The notes under the pieces are model-generated. The model saw nothing but the letters and a program-made list of their open reading frames with translations, did no database searches and was not told where the DNA came from. The translations under genes were made by a program, and so were the position numbers. 64,000 bases of DNA from Phoronis australis. Its lineage: Eukaryota; Animalia; Phoronida. Every line of letters begins with the position of its first letter. The stretch's first letter is position 1. This document shows, piece after piece, positions 37,447-50,954 of the stretch. The stretch lies in the NCBI GenBank assembly GCA_002633005.1, contig NMRA01000047.1, positions 312,913 to 376,912 on the forward strand, read 5' to 3'.

Positions 37447-40400
37447 CCCTGTATAATTTTTATCAGAAAATAAAAATGCTCATTTGATCCCGAATTAAGT
37501 TTGTCTTTTCTTATTTTTAAAAGTGTCTCGAAATTGCATTATGTTTCGCGCACTGCCTACATTCCAAGGATGGTTTGTAATGGTTCTGTCTGGCCATGGT
37601 GATACAATGTTCACATGGGGAATTTTTATAAGGCGGTTGACAGATCAATGAAGACTGTCAGAGTGGACCGCGTTCAGATTTGAAATTTTTAGGATATGGA
37701 CGGTAGTCAGGAGGTCGAATCAGAAGGTAGATGAGACGCTTAAACCGAGTGTTCTGTCTGCCGCTGTGCATCTCGCGATTAATTAGTATACTAAGTATGC
37801 TATTACGTGTGATCACTGAGAAAAGAGTCTAAACAAAAATCACGTTACGAATGTAGGCATTTACGATAAACACTGTTATGGAGTTCAAGTTTGGAGTTGG
37901 GCCATAAGACGGCAGATCAGACGTCTGACGTGAATTTTCAGACCTCAGATATGCCCTGTTTGAACGGCATGTGGACGCTGTACGCATTTAAAAAATCTTT
38001 GCCATGATAATCGCTTTCAACGTTTTGTTGCAATGGTGAAGCAATCAGCGATTATATTGAAGCAGTAAATTGTGGAAGGGCTGGACCAGCATTTGATTTT
38101 CTGGTCTGGAGTATTTTTTACGTTCAGAGCTTTTGAAGCGACGGAGATGTGTTCCGTAAACGCAGAAATTCGTGAAATTGCAAAATCATGCAAATCCTTG
38201 AGAGATATCACCATGCAGTTACCAGGAAGTCACGTGATCACAGTACCCTTTTATCTGTATTTTCTCGTTATAATAGCTAGAACACAGCCCGGTGTCACGG
38301 GGGTATGTCTAGATGTATTGATTAGGTTTTTAGTTGCCGAAATGCAGTTGCCGTTAGTAACCGTTGTCTCTGGACTGTACGCAATATTAGAATCGCCGAA
38401 AGCATTGTCAATCGCGAGCCAGAGATGCTGGTGTAATGGGAGCCAAGATAATTTCGTCACAATAGCCGAATTATTGCAAACAGATGAATAAAGCTTAACA
38501 TCTAACGTCGCATTAACACGCATTTTCTCCAAAGAACCTTTCTTTTTTCCAAAGACTGATCTGTTTTATTTTTGAAAACGATTATCCCTCATTCTTTAAA
38601 TATATGTGCACTAGGCGCGCACAAATTTCACGGAAGAAAGACTTGCATTCTTGCTCTGAACGAATGAGAATTGTTTTCATAATCGCGTGAGTTACAGAAA
38701 ATATTTCAACTCGTTTACGAGTCGGACCACCCGCGGCCACATTAATTACATGAGAGGTTAAATTGCTTAATAGTCCAACAGTCATCAAGAGTCAGAATAA
38801 ATGGACACAAGTAAAGAGTTGGACTGACACTTCGATATGGGTATCTATTTTGTATCCACGGGGTGGCCGTATCTCGAAGTGACGAAAGAGCGGCGCTTCA
38901 AGCTTGCTGACGTCATGGTCATTATCTACGCGTCTGTCAAATACTTCACAACAAAACTACTTTCATGATCAAGGAAAATGATAAAAGCATGATCTGCCCA
39001 GTAAGTCGATAGTTGAAAAGTCTGCTGCCTGAAGGATCTATAGCTTGACGGGCTGATAAGTCATTTTTCTAATCACTACCTGTTACCAAAAAACAAGCCT
39101 TACTTTTTGACTTACTAAAGGAATATAATCACTTTTACGACCGAAAATGCATTTTTGGTATGAGATAGACTTCTTCGGGTTATTAGCTTTGACCAGAGCT
39201 GTGAAGCAACAAAATCCGTTGAATTTTTGCGATTTTGCTGCAAAGCGCCAATTGTTGCCGTTGTCTCCCAAACATTCGCTGAAAACCAGGCTGGTAATTT
39301 AACCCATTAAAACGTTCAAAAACTTAACGAATGGGTTTTATTTCCGCCAGCAGTTGAATGCGACAGCAGGGTTTGCAGTTTGGATTCTGTCGATGATGCC
39401 CCTTAAAAGTGTTTCCATCGAAACTTGAATAACCGATTCATAGAGGCAGAAAACTCTTACCCTCGGCGCACTGACCATATCTGGTTATCACAAGTTCGCA
39501 TGAGGGCGCTGATGTATACTTATCATCCATGTTGCTATTTTTGTGAATACTTTAATGTTGCTATTCTGTTTTATTTTCACTACAAGACTTTTAAATCTTT
39601 TAACTTAAAAGTTAATAAAGTGCACGTTATGAAGTTAAAAAACTATTGAACTCCACCCAAAAATATGTGAATGATGCACTTCTATACTTTGTAGTTGCTA
39701 AATCGATGAAAATAACAAGTGAGTTCGATTTTTACTGTGGACACAGTTATTTTGAATCTACATGTAAAACCCGTGACTGTTAGCAGATATTCCCGCAAAT
39801 GGAGATCCAATAACGTGAAGGCTTTCAGACAGGAGTCTCTGTTCCAGGGCGCATAAAACTGTCCCATCCGCTAAGTTCCTTAAATCTACTGCGTATTTGT
39901 GGACTTGTGAAAATACTGATTGTACTTTCTTATGCTGTTTGAGTCTCATAACTTCAATTTTTGATTTTAATACAAATCGAGAGTGAACATTACGTTGAAG
40001 TCTCAATATTAGTGAAAGTAAGTAAGGATCTTTTCGTGCAACGCCTCAAACTTAATGACTGAAGTCCCTAAATATTTTGACTGAATCAAGGGTTTAGTTA
40101 TTAGCTATATTATTAGAAAATGTCATTAGTCAAAGAGGACCTCATAATAAAGATAAAATATTACATTTCTGAGTAAAGAACGAAACAAATACGCAAAAGA
40201 TTTAGGGAACTTAGTTGGGACTGTTAAGTGCAACCGGACACTGCAAGGGGGAACCAACATTTTGTCCGGCTGTAAGCATTTGCGCAAACCGCGACTGTAG
40301 ATGCGCATAGCACCGAATGGAGGGAGGGGGGTTTGCCCCGATCTCCCACCCAGGAAATTTTTCTGTTTTTTCCTCTAAAAATCAAGCATTTTCCTTGATT

Positions 40401-40484
40401 TCTGATGTATTATCCAAGAAAAAAGGCAAAAAATACAGAAAAAAAAAACACGAATAACGTGTCACACGGGAAAAAGTGCGAGTT

Positions 40485-40550
40485 CCACAGACCCGAACTC
40501 ACGACCTGGCTGCTTGGACGCGCATGCTTTACCACTAAACCAGCACGACT
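40485..40550 (-). mobile_element. tRNA-derived (SINE-head-like) fragment
   Basis: Minus strand reads agtcgtgcTGGTTTAGTGGtaaagcatgcgcgtccaagcagccaggtcgtgAGTTCGGGTCtgtgg, with A-box-like and B-box-like motifs but no intact cloverleaf. Confidence 0.45.
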
Positions 40551-43500
40551 TCACTAACACACCTCACACTAAGAAACCTACTTGTTTATGGTCCACAGCG
40601 TTTGCGCGCCAAACCTACTTCTTTCTGTAATGCTTATTACACGTTTTATATTTTGTGCAATCGCTTCTTAACAAATTTGTTGTATTTAAATTTGTCTTCA
40701 AATACCCAAAAGACCAAATCCGTTTTTCGTGATGACGGGATTGCTTTGGAAATCGTCTTAAGTTAAGGTTTGACAAAGAGAGAAATAATGAGTTTCTGAG
40801 GGATTCACTAAGGCTTCGATTAAAATTCACATCTTACCAGCAACTTCTGTTTTTTCATCGTCACTCAGGTTACATTTTTTTTAAATGAAGTAAATTTTCC
40901 TCATTGCACAGTGGAGCAGACGACGGAAACGGAGTCGTATTGCGCAGCGCCACTGCCGGTCGCCTGGGATATCGCGGGAGAGCCTACATTTAGCCATAGT
41001 TACGTTACGAATGCGCCGTGTTCCGGATTTGACACTTGAAATTGGATCTGAGCCCCCCCCCCCCCAAACACCGACACTGCACAAATATAAACCTTTTTTG
41101 ATCCGTATAGTTTTAATTACTGGGGCAAATTAATAAACTCAGCATTTCCCTACGCTCTTGCTGTTTTATTTTTTTTTGCGGCAGCCAAGGGGGTGGGGCC
41201 CGGGCCCCCTGCCCCCCCCCAAATCCGCCTATGCACTGGTACCCTCGGTAGATATATCACGCACATCAGGGAACTCAGTAATTGACTGGCGCGTGCCAGC
41301 TTTCATATATGCGCCTCCGTGACCTATTAATGCAAATTAATTGGTCAAAATAAAATAGAGGCGTGGTTAAATACTCCGCCCGAATACCCTCCCAGTACGC
41401 GAAAAAATGCATGACTGAGCCGTCGGTAAATGAATATGCAACAGAATGTATATCATCAGCCTGAAATAGAACAATATTTTTTCATAATTTGCATCTTATT
41501 GTGCAGTTTTACTTACGACAATCTTACAAATTCGGCATACGCCCGCAGCTTTGTGCTGTGTACAATTCAAGGCTTTTATTCATCAGACCAGTCACGATTG
41601 ACGTGACTAAGCAAAAAGACAACTGAATTACTTCTTAAACGAATTTGGGAGAAAATCTTTCAATTATTTTCAGTTTTGCTCTTCAGCTTCGCTCTTCAGC
41701 TTTGCTTTTCAGCAACTGTTAAATGGAGCTTGACGATTTACAAGTTTTATCTTAAAAACACATCAATAAAGAAAGTAAGAAAAGTACACGCCTATAAAAA
41801 TTCATGCTAGAAGAAAGGGAGCGTACACTTTGTAGAGCAAAAGAATTTTGTGTTTTTACAATCCAAAGCTGGAACTCCGCCGCAGGTGTGTTTCCGAGAT
41901 CAAAAACATCCTCAAGATTGTCTGCACATGGCTGCGCCCCCGAGCTATGGCAGGAGCTCGTTCGCCCTGACATTTCCATTCATCTAGAAATCGATGACGT
42001 CATTCGAGGTGTGCCACCGCCGAAATTGTACAATATAAATCGATAAGTTTGTATATGGTGTGAAGACTAACTTTGATCTATTGGGTCGAGCAGTCTATTA
42101 CAAAAATGTCAACACCATCCACAAGTCAGTGTTGTTTGGGCAAGCAGTCGCCTGCAAATTCCATTCATAAAATATGATCGGCCACAGTGTGCTGCTATTA
42201 TGAAAGAAAATTCGCGCACCAATGCAAATTTGTTTTCTGAATGAAGTCCGATTGTGCGCGTGTGAGCAGAGGGACACCGCGCGTGGCCCGTGTTTCACAG
42301 CACGACGTCTGGGTGGGTATGTAAGCAAGTTTAACAGTGGATTAATGGTTGACATAACAAACACGTTTAGGAGAACTATACCCCACACAGAGTTCGTGTG
42401 AATGACACTCAATGATTTGTAATTACAACGATAGCTTAATATAGCGCCTACAGAATCACCCTGAAACTGTTGACTGATAGTATTCCTAAATTCTCAGTTT
42501 TTCATTATGACTACCACCTGTTACGTAGTTTAAAAAACGACTGAAAATCCATAGATTATTATATCAACAAACTTCTGAATTTTTGCGCAAGGACAGCCGT
42601 ACGTCTTGGAGACAAATATTGTTAAAAACTTAACGTGACCGGGGCCTAGATCAGATCTTTCCGCCTGTAACTCTGGCAGATCTCACTTAGGCGGTCGAGG
42701 TCTATCTATCGAACAAAAAATTTTCAGAGAGTCATACTTATAAACCTAAAATCACAATCACTTCTCGCTTCTGTTGACTATATTGAAGAACAAACAGAAA
42801 ACGTGATTTCCCGCCAAAAAGGGCATGGTCATGAAATTAACATAATTTTGCTTCCATTATTTGCATCTGAGTGTTACACACAGAGATGAAAAGTCATTTG
42901 ATGTAACAGCAGAAAACATTGTTTCGTATAGTCATCAAATTTTCCTACAATACACCGTTCACAATTTATGCTTTTTGTGAAATGAGAGTTTACATAGTTG
43001 AAAATGAAAAAAACAAACGCAAGAACAACGTAAACGTCGAAAAAGTTGTAAAATTTCGGACCGTCCTCTTCTTAATAAGTTGCGTAATTTCTGGTGCTGA
43101 GATTCTTTACCGTTTTATTCTTCAAATCTGACTGATCGAAAAGGCTGGGCACAAGAGTCTATCGGAGTTGACGTTTAAATAATATACCATACTTATAACA
43201 AGAAGCAAGAGATATTCCAAACTGACGTCTCTATACAATATATTAAAATACATCCCTCTTTTCTATAGAGGCTTCTAAGGTGCCACGTGGCCTTCGAATA
43301 ATGACGATATGCTCATTTGAAATGACAGAGCTATTAAGAAATCGTTCAATGGCATGGGATTGAGCAGTCGGTTCGAATCTAATCTGAAAGGCGCAGCGTA
43401 GAGCACCTCTCCACCGCGTGTGTGTGGTCTTTTATAACAACCTGGCTACTGATTTATACTCGCCTGCTATGTATTTGTAAATAGGAATGACGAAAGCGTA

Positions 43501-44547
43501 CTGCTCAAGTAAATATTGTTTCAAAATGAGCGCCAACTCTGGGTCCGGCCATCTACAGGCTACGGTCACTGGCGGACGGTGAGGTGGGCCGCCGGCAATC
43601 CTGGCGACAGTGGCAGCAGTGAAACAGCTTGAAATTATGGCAAAGTGTCTGGGAAATGCCGGATTGATACCGATCAACTGACAAGACAGCATAAACCTTA
43701 ACTGTTGTGAAAAAATGGACTTCCTTGTCCTCCATCATTTTATACACGTGAACAATGAGAGCCTGTACACGGAGTCGTCTGTACGAAATGCCCATAGCAG
43801 GATCATTTTAGGCACCCGAACAGTATGATCAATCAGAAGAAATCGTTGAAATTGGAACATTTCGTAAATTATATCATTGTATATGTATTTGCGTATTTTT
43901 ACCATTAAATTTCTGGAGATTGTAAAAAGTGTTTATTTATCAGGCAATTTCAATGACCATTTTCGGGATCATCACAAAAATAAACGTAAAAAGACGGTAA
44001 TAATTATTATGTCAGATTGAAAAAAAATATTTTGAAATTAGAGCATTAGGTTGTGACTCCCACGTTAACTAAACTGGCTAACGTTGAAATTATTGACATA
44101 AACATTTACCCTAAAATGAATCGTTAAAAATAATCTTTACGATTCATTTTAATTAAAAAGTTAAAGACTAATTTCTACACAATACCAATTTAGTCAAAGA
44201 TTATTCCGAAACAATCCTCCTAATTTTCACAATACGCCATTTTTTCATAAGAGGCAACATTTAATATTTTAAACTTAGTTGGTTGTGAAGGGACACAAAC
44301 TGGTCAGGGAAGATGATTCACATAAATTATATACATATACACACTTCTTGTTAAACTTTAGAAATTTTGCAAAAAAACATAAAAACACAAATATCTTAAT
44401 GGCTGTATTGGAAACGAGATTCATTTCATGTGTCACTGCCCTGTCCTTGGTGATGTGCGCCGAAATTTGCTGACGCCATACGGCAGATGATGCCAGGGTA
44501 GTTCGATTATTCCAAAGCTATGATCTTTGTGAATTAAAAAGCCTGGC

Positions 44548-44716
44548 CAGTGGCGGATTTAGAGGGGTGCCAAGGGGCCATGCCCCCCCCCCCCCCCCCC
44601 AAACTCTCCAAGATTCCATTTGGCAGTTCGGGGGTGCAAATGACTGTCTGACTGGCAAAATCCTGGCTAATACTCTGCCCTGGCCCCCCTAACTAAAAAT
44701 CCTGGATCCGTCCCTG
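44548..44716. mobile_element. MITE with CAGTGGCGGAT termini and 5-bp TSD
   Basis: cagtggcggattt ... ggatccgtccctg with an internal poly-C tract; CTGGC duplicated at 44543-44547 and 44717-44721. Confidence 0.75.
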
Positions 44717-47065
44717 CTGGCGTTATATATTTCAAGAGCAACGGTGCCAAGAGCTGAACAATGCAAAGCTATTATGTAAACTGCATTATGAGGCCAAGGC
44801 CTACATACAATACATGTTTCTGCTTCTGATTGTATAAGGGCTGTACTATGGGTGCTGAAAGTTTCTATTTAAAGTCATCTTTCAATTGATTAAACTTATA
44901 TATTCTAAACCGATGAAAGCAAATGCTGGAGGAAAGTTCTAAAAGATTCGAATCCTTACCCAGCAAATGGAAGTCAGAGTACGTTGCGTAATGATAACAC
45001 TGTTTAAGTTTGTTTTAACTCATCCATTCAATAAATGTCGCACTAGAAAGTAACCATATTCTCACATGGGAGAAATCAGTTGATTTTGACAAAAAAGAGA
45101 GAGCCCAAAAGCCCGTCTATTTTCAAATCTTGCAAACCGCAATTTTCAATAAATTAAAAGTTCCGTGGAAACGAATGGAGCATTTCTATGTAGGCCCCTA
45201 GAAAAAGTGTTCAAATTTGGATAACCTCGTATCTCAGAAATGACCGACCACAGTCCTGTAGTGGTAAAATTAGAGGCAAATAGGCGCCCAAAGCCCACCG
45301 CATCACCTTGAGCACTGAACGTTACTTGCGGTGCGTAGGCGCTACGTTCAAATGCCAAAAGGATGTTGGCTGCGCCTACGTGCGTCTACGCCCCACTACA
45401 GCACTCGCTGACCGGATTCACATGAAAGTTTCAGACATCATGGTGTTTTCACTGTTCTCCGAAACGGTGTTAGGGTTTGTTCTTAAAATGTTCCGCTTTT
45501 GCACGAGGGTCTATCAAAAATAAGACTGCAGATTTTGCAGACATTTGACAAAATGTACAGACCTGTCGATAAGATCCTGCAGAACCTTAACGAATCCATA
45601 CATGATCAAGATATTGGGTATGCAGGTTTGTATGTATTAAAGACAATCTCAGTTGGAAATGGGCAGAACAGCAATAGTATATTATGTGTTTAAGATAAAA
45701 AAATCTTTTTGTAAGTATACTGGTTATTCATTAAACCATTTCAGTTTTCAAACCTAAATGTATTCGAAATCGCAATTCAAGAACAGCCTACGCACCGAGT
45801 TTGAGAGAAAAAACAAAATGGAAACTTTTTATTTCATCCACACATAAGATCCGGGTGACGGGTGAATAACCGAGTTTGTGTGCAGCACTTAGACGCAGAG
45901 TATAAAAGTTGTGAAATTAATTAGAAATGTTATAGCTAAAATTTATTTTGGTCATAGCGAATACTTTTTCCATGTACAGGAATCGAATGGTACATGTACT
46001 CTGCTAGAATTCAGACACAGCCATTAAGCAAGATTTCAAACTCTCCAGGCTGAACAAAGTTAGTAATAGTCATTCAGAGGGGTCCCACATTTTGAGAATC
46101 TGTTTTTCCACCAAACTGATTCTCAAAATCCAGAATCCTATTAATGACTATTGCCCAGATTTCGTTGTTGAGAGTATGCATCGTGCGTGAAATACAGATC
46201 TTGGTTATTTCTACATAAGGAATAATAGATAATGTACAAATAGGTACCGACAGGGCGTGACAACATTGAGTCAATAAATCATTGAGACGCGTTTTACAAC
46301 TGCATACGAAACATGATTCTTGTGCCACCACACAGGCAACGTATTTCACACTTTATATATACACAGCAATTTTCATGTTTTATATCCTGACACCAGGATC
46401 GCCATACGCCTTGGTTTTTCGCTCGAGGCACGCCTCTCTCACGCCGAGAGATGATGTAATACAGTAATTCTACGTTTTTCAAATCTTTTTCAATGTAAAC
46501 ATTCCCAAATTCATGGTCAGCAATGTACATTGAGAACGTTCCAAATTATTCCCCAACTGTCAAACTTTGAAAGCGGTTTGGGATGCACTGAAATGTGGAC
46601 TTCAAGAAAACTTTAAATTTGCCTAATACTATTTCAGGTACCTCACTAAACAAACACTTAAATCATACAGTAAATACAAATAAAAAATGTCGTTATATGA
46701 TATGTACAAGTGTCTCGTCTATATACAAAATATAGGGAACTCAGGAATGATTATTCTTTCCCCATTGAGTTAGTTTCGCACATTAACCGATAATGTCCAT
46801 TTTTCGGTTTTGCTGACCACAATGTTCACAAATAGTTGAAAATTACTCAAATGCTGTACTATAACAGCTATTTTCCATGCGTTTGCAGAAAGGTGCCTCA
46901 CATCAAGTTTACAGCTTTCTGTTAGTCAGCATGTCAACAAAAGGGTTAACGTGGGCATTGTTAGTGGGTGAGTGGTAGCAACAACTAGCACCCTCTTTTG
47001 GCAACTAGAATGACTTTTAACCGTATGATTCGTTGGCAGTTTTCGCCTCGGAAATTTACCATACA

Positions 47066-47159
47066 CATTGGCGGCGCACCATAGGAGGCTAGGGGGGGGG
47101 GGGGGGGGGGNGGGGGGGGTATAGCCCCCCCCACTTTTTTCAGTGCTGCACCGCCCATG
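47066..47159. mobile_element. Tiny poly-G MITE with 5-bp TSD
   Basis: cattggcggcgcacc ... gctgcaccgcccatg; ATACA duplicated at 47061-47065 and 47160-47164. One ambiguous base (n) at 47111. Confidence 0.7.
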
Positions 47160-47507
47160 ATACAGTACATGACAACTTAACCCCTAAATCATTTCTGGAT
47201 ACGTGTTACGCACATAGCACCATTATCGTAGTTTGGTCACTTGTTTCCAAAGTAAAATTCCCCCACATATCTGCCCATTGATTCAAAATAATGGCACACA
47301 TATTACACATGTGAACGCGGCTTTGACAAACAACTACAGTAAGGAGTTAAAAAACCATGGCTTTCAATTTTGTTTCAGTTGACGCGTGACTTCATTCTTT
47401 TTTTAACTTAGCGAATTAAAGCTTAGAATGAACACTATCGAGAACACATATTCTACTCAACTTACTGTAATAAAATATCAAAACACTCCAGGACAATTCC
47501 TTTGTGC

Positions 47508-50500
47508 CTAAATATAACTTTCCGACATTTCCTGTTTAAAAGTAAACTGTTCTGTTCCAGAATTGTATCCAAGATGCTGTCCGTACCCAGGAGATGCGTT
47601 CCCACGGCTGGTCGGGGATCTATCGTAGGCTGTCGGGCTGGAGTAATTTCGTCCGTAACTCCGGTCCGGTTGATCATAACTTGGATTAGATTGGTATCCA
47701 GGCGATCTGTCGTAACCTCGATCATAGCCTGGCGACCTGTCGTAATGACTGGTTGGGTTGTAACCACGTGATCTATCACCATAGTTATGTGATGCGTTTC
47801 CATAGTCACGTGCTGCGGTGTGATAACGTGTTGCGCTGTGTACTGCTGCAGTGTCATGCGGATTGTCGTTTGCAAACGCAGGGTTGTAATGACCTTGGAC
47901 ATGTCTTGGTCCGTTGTTGCGCTTTTCTGGGACTTCATCGTAGTTTTGCAGCGACTGATAACGACCGTCGTAATCGTTGTCCCTTGCTTCCGGATACTCG
48001 TAGCCATAGTGTTTGTTGTCGTAACTCACTCGCGAATTTTGCCTAGTGTCGAATTCTGCATCACGCGCATTCGTGTTGGAGGGACCGTATTGTGGCGATT
48101 GATTTCCTGGATTTCTAGCATATCTTTCCTCAGGCTTCTCCCACTCTTCGTTGTAAGCTGGTGGGTCTTCCCTATTATTTGAAATCGACACTCGGCTGAC
48201 GTTTGCTGCTTCCCCAGGTTGCGCGGTGGAGAGGGGTAATCTTGATGGTCTGAACACAGGGGGCGCCTCTTGCCCGCCCCCATTACCGTCGTTGTAGGGG
48301 CATTCCAGAGATGATTCGCTGTGATTCTCTTGAACCTTATTGAGTGTCCAGCATTTTTGGCAAATGTGATAAAGGGTAGTCTTCATACCCGCTTTGTACC
48401 CTTCGTGGTCGCTGGCGAACGGGCACTGATTCCTTTGGAACATGACGCATATACTAGGCGCCGGTCTTTTACGTTGCTTCTCTCCAGTATATGAGGGGTT
48501 TGTGATCGCCGACATGTGGGCAGGCTTACCAGGGGGTTCCCCGGTGGCTCTGCTTTTATTCCTTCGAAAAGAGTTTCGTAGCGATCGTCGGCCTCGTCTG
48601 AACGACCGCCTGGCCGTGTCTCTAAACGAACCCCACGCCCTTGACAAAGTTATACCTTCTTCGCCACGGTCTTTCATTTCCTGTATTCTCAACACTAATC
48701 CAATTAAAACGATAGTGCCAACTATGACCAAAATTGCTCCGATAATTCCTAAAATTATCCATAGTGGTGTCAAATTTGTTGTGATTGCTGACACAGGCTG
48801 TGGTTTAGATGACGGCGCCTGCGACATGACTGAAATAAAAAACATTAGTTGTTTAGAACCAAAATTCATCTTACTTGAAAAAATTATGTGATGACCAATA
48901 CTTACAGTGATACTAAGTCCTGTTTTAGCAACAATTACATCCCTTGAAGCTTTGACAAAGATAATGCTCTGTAACTCTCGCCAAACTTTAGAAAGTTTTA
49001 TGCAAGTTAAATACTTCATTTTGCTTATTTGTAAAGCGTGACTAAGGCTTTGAGAGTTAGAACCTGCCTTGTGGAGAGACGTCCCACAAGAGGAGTCATC
49101 TTGTGTATCAATGGGATGTGTTTACGTTGAGCAACGCCATTTGCCATGGCAGGTAATACCGGAAATTACCAGAAAGAGGTTCTCCAAATGCACGCGCACG
49201 ATCCTACATGAGACATTTCCCGCGTATTGGCCCGCAGGCTAATTTTAGAGCCATCATATATCTCACTCGGGCTTTGCAGGGTTTCGGAAAATGAACAGTG
49301 TCAGCGAATGTCACGTTTGTAGTTGGTCACTAGGCTAGCCCGCTGTTTTATCGTAATATTGTTAGTAAGCAATTAACTGAGCAAAAAGTCCACCATCTAC
49401 TATGTATTTTCCGTTTAGATCCACCGCTTGCCGAATGAACGTCCGGGGGATTCCAACTATCAGACAACGACTACGCTACAACAGGTTGCAGAACCAGTTT
49501 TGACTTGGGTGATTTTTATTTACTAAAATTCAATTTTCCCCTGTTGCAGAAAATTAAACCTGTATTTTTGATAAACAATATATACATTCTCCAAACGCGT
49601 TATTTATACGCCAAGTGTTGCAAGATGTTAGGGACGACTTCGTTAATTTCAGGTTATTTCAATGGCAAACGTTTACTGGCCATTGTCAAGCCTGTTGGAT
49701 TTCGACGCTTTTAGTGTGTGATTTGATAAAATTTTACCCAAGTAATTTTGGTCTATGGCCGAGGGAACTGATTCAGAAATTATATACTTCACTTTTATTG
49801 ATTTAGGACGGGCAGTCGGACAATTGAAAGTATTTGATGAATTGTAAAAAGGACTTCACGATGGCTTCTAATTACCAACAGGGTTTATTACGCACTTGCT
49901 GACAGGCATATTCTTTGTGCTATGTCATATAAAACAACACAAGTGTAATGAACGCAGGACACACAAATAAAACTCTTGCGCTTGATGTGCTTTACAATCC
50001 TTACTAAATGAAACGTATTATAAGGTTGTAAACATAACATGCTGTGTTCCAGACAGTAAATATTTCAGACAAACTTTGTCATTGTTGAACAAAACCAAGG
50101 AACCAACTTTTTGGCTTCTGAACAAAAATGACAAGGCGGCTGGCCATATATCATTTGATGAGGAATTAGTGTGCAAAGACCTGTCTCCGTTAGAACGAAA
50201 TGCATCCGTAATGCCTGATGAGTGTTGCGTAACACGTTTAAATCGTTTTAGCAATAAAGCAGAAGAGATTGTTCTGACAAGTTCCTGAAGGTAAATGCGT
50301 AATGCCAACGAAGCATGAATATTTCGCAAGAAATATAATGCATTCGTTTGTGCTAAAATAAAGTGTAGCTGACTGGTAAAACTATATCTGATGCTCTTCT
50401 AAAACGTTTATCATAATGCTTATGTTTTGTAGCCTATTGCTGATGTATGTCCGTGCAATTTATCTCTGACCGATACTCGGACAGGGGATTGTTATGCCAT

Positions 50501-50954
50501 CTATTGAGTAACAATGAAACTGGCAATATCCAACGCCATTAACTTTGTTCAGTACGTAACCTGCGAAGTAACCGATAAAGAAGTAACCAATAAATATCTC
50601 AAGATCTCAACGGACAAATGTAATCTAGTGAAAAACTCAATACGGATTTGAATAGAGCTAACAAAGCAATCGTGTGAAAAATAAAGTTCGATGTCTCTTC
50701 ACGACGTCAACAGTTAGGTAATGCGAAACGGTTCGACCCAAGTCTTTTGATTTGGCGCAGTTGTTACTCAATAGAGTCAATATTAGAATTCTTAAAGAGC
50801 CGACTTGTGGGTCGACCTGTGACTCGACCGTTTACACACACCTAATTCTACTAAGTTGAATGACCTATATTTAAGATAAAAGAAAAAAATATGCCTCACC
50901 TGTACCAATCGACACACTCATCAATATCACGATCATCAGAAAATTTCTCATCAT
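47508..50954 (-). CDS. Uncharacterised single-pass type I membrane protein (about 458 aa) with cytoplasmic Cys/His zinc cluster and Tyr/Pro/Arg/Asp-rich tail
   Basis: Exon 50954-50900 (MMRNFLMIVILMSVSIGT, signal-peptide-like, donor g|gtgagg) splices in phase to exon 48829-47508 (acceptor tttcag|), total 1377 nt. TM helix LWIILGIIGAILVIVGTIVLIGLVL. Exon 2 is a 440-codon open frame in otherwise stop-rich DNA. Additional small exons in the intron cannot be excluded. Confidence 0.8.

Noticed and set aside
35400-46900. Short ORFs across the long intergenic region (e.g. 38072-38491, 42098-42412)
   Set aside because: They show no recognisable motifs or consistent splice chain and are interspersed with MITE remnants. 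A gene with tiny exons cannot be excluded.
47462-48891. Overlapping ORFs (181 aa on -, 149/120/97/89 aa on +) as separate genes
   Set aside because: They are shadow frames of the low-complexity coding exon and show no independent features.
48830-49019. First 63 aa of the 503-aa ORF
   Set aside because: It is AT-rich intron-like sequence upstream of a good acceptor at 48830; a signal-peptide exon at 50900-50954 splices in phase instead.
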